DNA of 64,000 bases, taken from NCBI RefSeq assembly GCF_004010195.1, contig NC_057751.1:232979-296978 (forward strand), in the 5' to 3' direction. Below, piece after piece: positions 56,701 through 64,000 of the stretch. This DNA is from Chiloscyllium plagiosum (Eukaryota). The stretch's first letter is position 1, and each line of letters starts with the position of its first letter. The translations under genes were made by a program, and so were the position numbers. Below the pieces are notes generated by a model that made no database searches, was not told where the DNA came from, and worked only from the letters and a program-made list of their open reading frames with translations.

Positions 56701-59700
56701 ATCCAGCATGGGCTGTCATTTATGAAGGAGCTTTCCAAGCGCCTACCGCCCTTTGTGTACAGAACCGTTTCTTCACATCTCTCCTGAACAGTCTGGCCCT
56801 CATTCTCAGAATATGCCTCTTCTTCCTAGAATCCCTCACCAATCTTGAAGACTTTGATCAGATTACTCCTTAACTTTCCACATTCGAGAGAAAACAGGTC
56901 TAATTTATGTATACTCTCTTCATAATGTAACCCTTGAAGTCCAGGTGTCATTACGATCATAAGACACAGGAACAGAAATGAGGCCACTCGGCCCATTGAT
57001 AAGTTTCTCAATCCCATTCTCCCGCTTTCTTCAGGTAACCCTTGATCCCCTTGACAATCAAGAACCTATCTATCTCTGTCTAAAATATACAAAATGACTC
57101 AGCCTCCACAGCCTTCTGTGGCAGTGAATTCCATAGATTTCCCACTCTCTGGCGAAAGAGGTTTCTGCTCATCTCTGTTCCCTTTACTCTGAGGCCATAC
57201 CCTCGGTCCGAGTAAACCTATGATGTACTCCCTCCATCGCCAAGAGATGGGGTGTAAAGTGTGGTGCCCAGATCTCCTCACAGCACTCCAAGTCAGGTCT
57301 AACCAGGGTTTTTTTTTATTAGATTACTTACAGTGTGGAAACAGGCCTTTCAGCCCAACAAGTCCACACTGACTTTCCGAAGAACAAACCACCTACACCC
57401 ATTCCCGTACATTTATCCCTTCACTGAACACCATGGGCAATTTAGCCTGCACATTTTTGGACTGTGGGAGGAAACTGGAGCACCCGGGGAAAACCCACGC
57501 AGACACTGGGAAAATGGGAGAATGTGCAAACTCCACACAGACAGTTGCCTGAGGCGGGAATTGAACCCAGGTCTCTGGCACTGTGAGGCAGTAGTGCTAA
57601 CCACTGTGCCACCGTGTCAGCCACTATCAACAGCTTAACTTTCTGCATCCTTGTACTTCAATACTCTCGATATAAAGGCCAGCATTATTTTCCAGAACTG
57701 TTCATTGCATTTTGAAGATCAATGCACCTGAACCACCAACAGTCATCGAGGTGGAGTGTCATACAGCATAAAAATAGATTCTTTACTCCAACCAGTCCAC
57801 ACCAACTATGTTTCCAAACCAAATTAGTCCCACTTGCCTACGTCTGGCCCCTTTCTTATTCATGTACTTATCTTTGGATATTCATTACATATAACCTCAC
57901 ACCTCCTGGAAAGCATTCCAATCTATCCGTTACCTGTCCAGAATGGATAATCTCATGCTTTCTGACAATGAAATCCGTCAGCCACAGTTTTGCTCATTCA
58001 CCCAGTCTATCACTATCTCTTTGTGTTTGTTGGTTTTCTGTATACGCAGCTTTGTAGTTCTCCGTTGTCTGTTCTTTCGACTGTGACGTCCAGGATGCGA
58101 GTTTGTTGTCGCTTTCTTCCTCCTTGGTGAACTTTATGCCTGTGAGGGTGTTGGTGATGTATACAGAAAACTGACAAACACTGACCAAAAACTTAACTAC
58201 ACCAGCAACCATCCCAACACACACAAACGAAGCTGTATCAGAACACTATTCCAACGAGCCACATCACATGGCAGCACAGACGAATTTCAGAAAACAGAGA
58301 GAACCAACTATACAATGTATTCAAGAAGAACGGATACTCAAAAAATACGGTCCGCAGATTCCTCAAGAACAAACCACGACAAGCAGACCAAACACAGCCA
58401 GAAACCCTAACCACCTTACCATACATCAAAGAAGTTTCAGAAATGACAGCCAGACTACTAAGACCCCTTGGAATCCTAGTAGCACACAAACCCACCAACA
58501 CTTTCAAACAAAAACTGACAAACTTAAAAGACCCAGTACATCCCATGGACAAAACCAACGTCGTCTACAAAATTCCATGCAAGGACTGCCAGAAACACTA
58601 TGTAGGACAAACAGGAAGAAAGTTAGCCACCAGGATACACAAACACCAGCTAGCCACAAAAAGATACGACCCTCTCTCCCTCGTAGCCCTACACACGGAG
58701 GAAAAAGAACACCATTTCGACTGGGGCAACACATCTATCCTGGGACAGGCTAAGCAAAGACATGCCAGAGAATTCCTAGAGGCCTGGCACTCCAACCACA
58801 ACGCCATAAACAAACACATAGATCTAGATACCATCTATCAACCTCTTAGAAAAGGAACAGGAAATGACATCACCACAAATCCCAGGAACCCCATCCAGGA
58901 GAAAGATATAATTAGAAAGCAGGAGACAACAGCTTCGCTTCACTTGGAGGTCGCCACTGATGATGTTATTTAGCCAGGTAATGAAATGTCTGGATATCAA
59001 ACCTACAGCTCAGCGAGCAAACTTACACCCTAAATATTCATATATCCCACACACCCTCACTGTAACACATTCATATACCCCACACCCCCTCATTTTAACA
59101 CTCTGAAATACCCCACACCCCTTACTGTGACACACTGATATACCCCACACCCTTCACTGTAACACATTCATATATCCCACACCCTCACTGTAACAGACTC
59201 ATATATCCCACACTCTTCACTGTTACATTCTGAAATACCCCACACCCCTCACTGTAACACACTCATATACCCTACACCTCCTACTGCAAACACACTCATA
59301 TATCCCACACCTCTCATTGTAACATACTGATATACCCCACACACACATATATTCCACACCTATCACTGTAACACTCTGATATATCCCACACCCTTCACTG
59401 TAACACACTGATATATCCCACACCCCTCAATCTAACACTTAGTCATACACTCAAGTTAAAGCAGATACGTAGTGTCACACAGTCTTTCTGTTGACCTGTT
59501 TTAGAACAACGTGTACTGTGGTTTCTGGTAAACCTAGTAGGCACTTTAATCTCAGGAAGTGGCTGGAAGAATTCCACCCGAAATACTGTCAATTACCAGT
59601 GATCCCCAGGTGTCGACTGACCTTATTTCCGTACCTACCCTGCCTTTCTGTGTCCACAGCTAACCAGTTCACACTCACCTGACACTAGCAGGCTGCCCTT

Positions 59701-62700
59701 GAAACTGCCGTCTTCCCGAGCTTTCCTGAAAGAAAGCAGACGGAGAAGTGTTGAAAGACCAAAGTCCGGAACTCAGAAGGAGACAGAGTGGAATGATCGG
59801 AATGGGGAATTCTTGGAAGCTGTCAGTTACTAACAGTTAGTCAACAAGTCAACACTGGGTCCTAAACTCCACCTGATATCATCCTTGGGTAGAAAAGCTG
59901 CCAGCAAATCAAACAATGTGTCTATATCTCACCCCGTCTGTCACTGTCCCTGTCACTGTCCTAGGAGGTTTGACGGGGGTGAGCAATACCTTGCCACTGA
60001 AGTAAGTGAGGATAGTTGTACAGCTGTTGTGTGGAATAGAGGGACAGGAATCTTTTGGCAGAGATGGTGTGAGGGCTCCGAATGCTGAGGGGACAGGGGG
60101 AAATTGAACAGGCATTTTGCCCAATTCACTGAAGGAATAAAACTGTTTTTATGAGGCACTTACAAAGTGATAGAGATTCTCATCAAACCTCTGAAGGTGC
60201 TTCACGGGAACAATACCAGGCAAGAATTGATAGTGAGGCAGAGAGATAGGGCAGGTGACCATGGTTCAAGATGTGTAGGTTTTCTGCTGTGCCTGAAGGA
60301 GAGGAGAGGAGAAGAAAGAGAGGCTGGAGAGGTCAGGAAGTAGTTCCAAAGGTGAGGCTCCAGGCTGAAGGCATACTGTTGTCTCAGGGAGTAAGGGTCT
60401 GAAAGGATTAATACTGAGGAGTGTCTTACACCTCACCCAGCTTGGTGGAATTGACTTAAGGGCAAAACAGCTTCTGCTTTGGAAGGAGTGAGAGGGAACA
60501 GCTCTGTACCAATGCCTATCATGTCAACGTAACTGCTGCTAGGAGGAATGAGTAGCCTCTTATTAACCACAAGAACCTGTTCTCATGAGAAAAGGTGCAG
60601 AAGAAATTTTACAAGGATGTTGCTGAGCCTGGAAGGTCTGAGTGAAAAGGAGAGGCTGGCTGGACTGGGGAATTTTTTTGTGAACTTCAGAAGCTGAGGG
60701 GTGACCTTGCAGAGGTTTATAAAATCAGGAGGAGCATAGATAAGGAGAACATCCATAATCTTTTTCCAAGGGTATGTGAGTCCAAAACCAGAGATATAGG
60801 TTTGAAGTGAGAGAGGCGAGATTTAAAAGGAACATGAGGGGCAATTTTTTCACACACAGGACAGTGCCTGTGCAGAATGAGCTGCCAGAGGAAGTGGTAA
60901 AGATGGGTACAATTAGAATATTTAAAATACATTTGGACAGGTACACGGATAAGTAAAGTTTAGAGGGATATGAACCAAATACAGGCAAGTGGGACAAGTT
61001 CAGTTTAGTATGCCTGGTCAGCATGGTCGAGTTGTACTGAAGGGTCTGTTTCCATGTTCTATGGCCTCACTGGAGCACAATGCATCAAGCAGGCCAGAGA
61101 GATTTGATGCAGAGAAAGAGCCTGCCCCCATGGTGAGGGATAGATCTGCTATAACTGCACATACAATACGTGTGTTAATCTCCATAAATCTATCATGGAT
61201 GGAATGATTTACGTCAGGGAAGCATCGATTTGAGGAGTTCTGAGATCACAATAGAGTTCTGGATTTAGAACATCGGAAGCGATGCAGTGACTTGAAAATT
61301 GGCATGAAAATGTTGCTGCACGGCAGACAGCCTGTGACAGTCAGTGAGTTGAGAGAGTGAGGGCTGACCAGTTGTCAGTGTGAGTTGGGGTCCTGACTGG
61401 ACGGTTCAGTATGAGCTGAAGTTTCTGCAGGGACAATGACCAGATGCCAGCGAGGAGTGTTTTGTGAGACAGAAAATGGATGAGCTGAAATCATGTTCAG
61501 GACCCAGTGCCAAGTTACTTGTTGTCTCAGGGATGTATGAGCAGGGAGATCTGTACCTGGCACTTCCCGCCTCTCTTTGCCAGCCGCAGCTTTAGGTTCT
61601 GTAGATCAGAATCCAACTCAGCTTCCAACTGGCTTAGCTCTTTCTCGAGTGAAGTCTGTAACAAATAAACAATAATCATTCCCTGACACAAAGCCACAAT
61701 GTACCTTCAGTGCACAGACAGTCCTGTCTCTTTGCAACCCTTCTGCCTCTCCATTAATTGGCTTTACATCTGGGACTGGATTTCCCTCACTCTTGCTGAG
61801 ATCTCCCCAGCCATCTCTCTCCATTTATCATTCTCATTTGTTTTGCTGGAAAAATAGTCACTCTCTATTCAGCCCCTTCATCCAAATCGGTGAGTTTGAT
61901 TGTAGAAGGTTGAGGTCTCTTCACTGATCCCTGTGGCACTCTAACAGTTCAGGTTTGCCAACCCAAACATGATCCATTCACCTTAGATCTCAGTTTCCCT
62001 CTTGTGAACTGATCTTCTATCTAACAAGATATGTCATCCATTTCATCATGAGCTGTTAGTTTGTGTAGAAACCTCTGACAGGGCATTTCTCTACCTCTAT
62101 CTCACTCTGAAGGAGAAAGTGAGGATTGCAGATGCTGTAGATCAGAGTCAAAATGTGTGGTGCTGGAAAGCCTCAGCCAGTCAGGCAGCATCCGAGGAGC
62201 AGGAGAGTCGGCTTTCTGAGCATAAGCTCCCATTCCTAATGAAAACTCTCCTGCTCCTCGGATGCTTCCTGACTGTCTGAGGCTTTCCAGCACCACACAT
62301 TTTGACTCTATCTTGCTCCATCTTCCTGACCCTCTCATTTTATCTCTTTCATGCAAGTTGTTCCTTTCTTTCTCTACTTGCTTTTCTTTTTTGTAACTCA
62401 ATCTGTACCACCATTTGTCTTTAACTCTTGCTCTATCTCTCCCTTCATATCTCTGTGCCATTTTCTATCTGTTAAGAGAATATTCTGACTCCTGCTGCAG
62501 TATGTGGGTTTGGATTTCAAGACTTCTTCTTTACCAACTTGTCCCTTCACTCTTTCTGGACAACTTTCAATGTGGGACAGAGAGGGTCAGACGTGACAAA
62601 GCAAGACCCAGGCACCAGTCACCTGATTCAAACCTTCGTTTGAGAATACAGCCATGAGCTGAGGGAGTCCCTTACCTCGATGGAGTTTGAGAGTCTCCTG

Positions 62701-63822
62701 GTTGAAGAATTCAGAGCAGATAATTCAGCCTAAAATATTGGAAATGGAGCACCATCAATGCAGGCAACAGCAAATACTGAGTGAACTCTCCCCTGCCCCA
62801 ACATACGGTGACTCCCTTGATGCTAATCCAGAGCTCTCACACCGTCACTCAGTAACTCCTCGACCGGCCCCTCACAGCGCCCTGTGTTACTGACGGTATC
62901 CCCACTTAATCCCATTCCCTCACACTGTCACTCAGTAACCAGCTTGAAGAATCGTGTATAATTTGCAAAGAGCCACAACTTCTTGAACTCACAATGCTGA
63001 TCTGAAGTTTCCAGTGGTCAGATCATCTCAGGTTAGGCAAAATATTTTGATTATTTGATCTGAGACAAACTGACCCAGATAAAAGGTTAACTTATGTCAG
63101 AGGCTTCCAGTTTTCACAAACACAGTCTGAAGTTCTGCAGAGTGAAAGAGCTGAGTTCACAGTCTGACACTGATCCTGTGTCCCTCTCCCAAGAGATAGG
63201 CACAGCCAAACAACATTGAGATAACAATTCCCACCAAACAACAGTGAGAGACAGAGGGAGATACAGAGACATAATCAAAGACAAAAAGAGAGACAGTCTA
63301 AAAACAGACAGGAAGGAGAGAAAGTAAAAAAAGAAAGTGAGACAACGGATTATGGAGAAAGGTGTGCAATAGGAGGGTCGGGAGATAATGTGGGAGAAAA
63401 AGTAGACTTGAGTGAGGAGTACTGAGGTGGAGGGAGAAAAAGGGAAATAGAGAGAGAAAGAGAGTGAGTTACAAAACTGCAGGCAGTTAACGTCTTCCTC
63501 AGTGTGGTCTTCTGGCTCATACTCCTGTGAAAGAGAGAGAGAGAGAGAGACAGGGGGAATAGCTAGTGGCAGAGTTAGATAGATAGGTAGATAGAAAGAG
63601 AGAGGGGAGATGAGATATGGAGAGGAACAAATAGAGATACACTGTGCCAGAAACAGAGAGGTGGAGCCAAAGAGGGAGGGAGAGTTGAGAACCAGAAAGT
63701 GACTGACCTGTTCTTCTGGCCCCTGCACTGTCCAGTCTCCTGGCTCATAGTTGAAGATGCTGTTGTGCTGAGCCTGCAGCCTCAGGCCTTCACTCTCCAC
63801 TCCTCGGAGTTCCAACTCCTTC
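38691..63822 (-). CDS. SORBS3: Vinexin / sorbin and SH3 domain-containing protein 3, 3' part (5' exons lie beyond the window)
   Basis: Phase-consistent exons 63822-63708, 62729-62676, 61655-61557, 59725-59679, 52311-52178, 51364-51276, 50163-50117, 49524-49410, 48957-48832, 44753-43596, 39430-39330, 38990-38884, 38752-38691; three SH3 domains; [16 protein letters not shown] ~ vinexin LERELAELSAELDKDL; adjacent to PDLIM2. Confidence 0.93.
38884..38990 (-). CDS. SORBS3: SORBS3 SH3-3 exon
   Basis: [35 protein letters not shown]; G|GTAAGT donor. Confidence 0.96.
39330..39430 (-). CDS. SORBS3: SORBS3 linker exon ([13 protein letters not shown]...ESWSP)
   Basis: catttcAG acceptor, CC|GTGAGT donor, phase 0->2; ends W-S-P like human WTP before YRA. 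Confidence 0.85.
40040..41560 (-). mobile_element. Decayed Penelope-like element (Neptune-type RT + GIY-YIG)
   Basis: Minus-strand remnants VAMGAHMV (RT GxAMG motif) and [13 protein letters not shown] (GIY-YIG). Confidence 0.75.
41578..41850 (-). mobile_element. Young CR1 3' end
   Basis: ggagtaggccattcagcccttcgagcctg..ccattcaat..gatcatggctgatc typical CR1 3' UTR. Confidence 0.8.
42760..42980 (+). mobile_element. Short palindromic Penelope-like derivative, family B-related
   Basis: 14-bp TSD aagagtccagcatc (42746-42759/42981-42994); ~81-bp inverted arms with a 5-nt loop; hammerhead motif at 42818-42853 minus. Confidence 0.85.
43596..44753 (-). CDS. SORBS3: SORBS3 large exon: SH3-2 C-half plus Q/Y/S/P/T tandem-repeat linker (contains assembly gap)
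   Basis: [35 protein letters not shown]; frame open on both sides of the N gap; CAG|GTAAGC donor, phase 0. Confidence 0.85.
44145..44334. other. Assembly gap (190 N) inside the coding tandem repeat
   Basis: Run of N. Confidence 1.
44335..44502 (-). repeat. Coding tandem repeat, 78-bp unit ([26 protein letters not shown])
   Basis: Two identical 78-bp copies (44335-44412, 44413-44490); degenerate 12-aa units continue at ~43880-44144. Confidence 0.95.
45230..46021 (+). mobile_element. 5'-truncated Penelope-like element (Neptune-type GIY-YIG endonuclease + pLTR) inserted in an L2-like remnant
   Basis: [36 protein letters not shown]; 5' inverted pLTR piece 45230-45294; direct repeat aatatattccttaaa (45215-45229/46022-46036). 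Confidence 0.9.
45891..45926 (+). ncRNA. Minimal type-I hammerhead ribozyme motif (family B)
   Basis: auuc-CUGAAGA-a-gggc(cugu)gccc-GAAA-C-GUC-gaau: 4-bp stem I, 4-bp stem II, palindromic ACGU, GUC cleavage triplet. Confidence 0.8.
46830..48360 (-). mobile_element. Decayed RTE-clade LINE
   Basis: Minus-strand remnants [24 protein letters not shown] and [16 protein letters not shown], typical of the RTE ORF C-terminus. Confidence 0.7.
48832..48957 (-). CDS. SORBS3: SORBS3 exon (SH3-2 N-half)
   Basis: [42 protein letters not shown]; 126 nt. Confidence 0.95.
49180..49305 (+). mobile_element. HE1-like SINE 5' fragment
   Basis: ggcagcacggtggc..gcactgctgcctcacagcgccagggacccaggttcaattcc. Confidence 0.75.
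49410..49524 (-). CDS. SORBS3: SORBS3 exon (SH3-1 C-half)
   Basis: [38 protein letters not shown]. Confidence 0.96.
50117..50163 (-). CDS. SORBS3: SORBS3 exon (SH3-1 start)
   Basis: [16 protein letters not shown]; 47 nt; AA|GTAAGT donor. Confidence 0.93.
50285..50530 (-). mobile_element. SacSINE1/DeuSINE-like element
   Basis: aaggatg..gatttccttccct..aggaca..gtgaaccagat Deu-like domain. Confidence 0.6.
51276..51364 (-). CDS. SORBS3: SORBS3 exon ([14 protein letters not shown]...ETRK)
   Basis: ctttctttgtAG acceptor, AAG|GTAAGC donor, phase 1->0. Confidence 0.85.
52178..52311 (-). CDS. SORBS3: SORBS3 exon ([19 protein letters not shown]...)
   Basis: ttttctcttcttgctccAG acceptor, G|GTGAGA donor, open frame, phase 2->1. 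Confidence 0.8.
54106..54145 (-). ncRNA. Hammerhead motif (family C)
   Basis: gca-CUGAGGA-u-aucaccu(agac)aggggau-GAAA-C-GUC-ugc. Confidence 0.75.
55504..55543 (+). ncRNA. Hammerhead motif (family C)
   Basis: gca-CUGAGGA-u-gucaccu(agac)aggggac-GAAA-C-AUC-ugc. Confidence 0.7.
56500..57310 (-). mobile_element. Cluster of decayed CR1 3' fragments
   Basis: Repeated ggccattcag..CR1 3' UTR segments; [21 protein letters not shown]. Confidence 0.7.
57319..57616 (-). mobile_element. HE1-like V-SINE
   Basis: Reverse complement of the tRNA-like head (cacggtggcacagtggttagcac) and V-domain. Confidence 0.85.
58020..59033 (+). mobile_element. Penelope-like element 3' part (Poseidon-type GIY-YIG) with 5' inversion
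   Basis: [43 protein letters not shown]; 58020-58157 is the adjacent RT segment in inverted orientation. Confidence 0.9.
58954..58993 (+). ncRNA. Hammerhead motif (family D), slightly decayed
   Basis: cca-CUGAUGA-u-guuauuu(agcc)agguaau-GAAA-U-GUC-ugg. Confidence 0.65.
59034..59440. repeat. Minisatellite, ~31-33-bp unit (tatatcccacaccctcactgtaacacactca)
   Basis: About 12 imperfect tandem copies. Confidence 0.9.
59679..59725 (-). CDS. SORBS3: SORBS3 exon ([15 protein letters not shown])
   Basis: gctttctttcAG acceptor, AG|GTGAGT donor, phase 0->2. Confidence 0.75.
60590..61045 (+). mobile_element. CR1 3' fragment
   Basis: FTRML..LEGLS..ERL..LRGDL..VYKI remnants and CR1 3' UTR. Confidence 0.8.
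61557..61655 (-). CDS. SORBS3: SORBS3 coiled-coil exon ([25 protein letters not shown]...)
   Basis: Matches vinexin LERELAELSAELDKDL; 99 nt, phase 0->0. Confidence 0.9.
62110..62308. mobile_element. Short palindromic Penelope-like derivative, family B (hammerhead core lost)
   Basis: Inverted arms gagtcaaaatgtgtggtgctggaaagcctcag.. / ..ctgaggctttccagcaccacacattttgactc. Confidence 0.8.
62676..62729 (-). CDS. SORBS3: SORBS3 exon ([18 protein letters not shown])
   Basis: atattttAG acceptor, GAG|GTAAGG donor, 54 nt, phase 0->0. Confidence 0.8.
63492..63524 (-). CDS. SORBS3: Candidate SORBS3 33-nt cassette microexon ([11 protein letters not shown])
   Basis: Very strong (CT)n-cacAG acceptor, weak GAC|GTTAAC donor, frame-preserving. 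Confidence 0.4.
63708..63822 (-). CDS. SORBS3: SORBS3 exon ([12 protein letters not shown]...[12 protein letters not shown]...)
   Basis: SIFNYEPG matches the SORBS-family SIFxYEPG motif; gatctgcAG acceptor, CAG|GTCAGT donor. Confidence 0.88.
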
Positions 63823-64000
63823 CTGCAGATCAGAAAGGAAATGCCAAATCAAGCGTTATGGTTGCTTAGGGAGATGAGAGCCAAGGCTGAGCATTTGTTG
63901 GAGAAACTCCACATTTCACAACATGTTGAGACTACAGTCTGTGGCTGAGCTGAACACAAACACATCGCTCACATTCCACAATCACTGTTTCATTGCTCAG

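Noticed and set aside
59034-59440. Regular ~32-bp repeats superficially like a CRISPR array
   Set aside because: No unique spacers, degenerate tandem units and a vertebrate context; it is a minisatellite
63114-63815. 233-aa minus-strand ORF as a single gene
   Set aside because: Only 63822-63708 (and possibly 63524-63492) is exonic; the rest is read-through into CT-rich intron

Overview
Vertebrate genomic DNA, almost certainly an elasmobranch (shark). This is inferred from HE1/V-SINEs, SacSINE1-like ends, abundant CR1 LINEs and Penelope-like elements (PLEs). Three multi-exon genes on the minus strand were reconstructed by hand from GT-AG sites, reading-frame phase and remembered human homologues: the 3' part of SORBS3/vinexin (three SH3 domains, 63822->38691), complete PDLIM2 (PDZ-ZM-LIM, 30668->17308) and a C8orf58/DUF4657-like gene (11824->6911; last exon unresolved). 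A CpG-island promoter/first exon follows at ~3.0-3.6 kb, by synteny with human 8p21.3 probably CCAR2. The most striking non-genic signal is a set of minimal type-I hammerhead ribozyme motifs in at least four sequence families with covarying stems. They are carried by PLE pseudo-LTRs and by very short, TSD-flanked fold-back derivatives of them. Other notable points: a greatly expanded Q/Y/S/P/T tandem-repeat coding exon in SORBS3 (collapsed into a 190-N gap), likely alternative splicing in PDLIM2, and an orphan 188-codon ORF wedged between the 5' ends of two CR1 fragments. All homology calls are from recognition, not from database searches.
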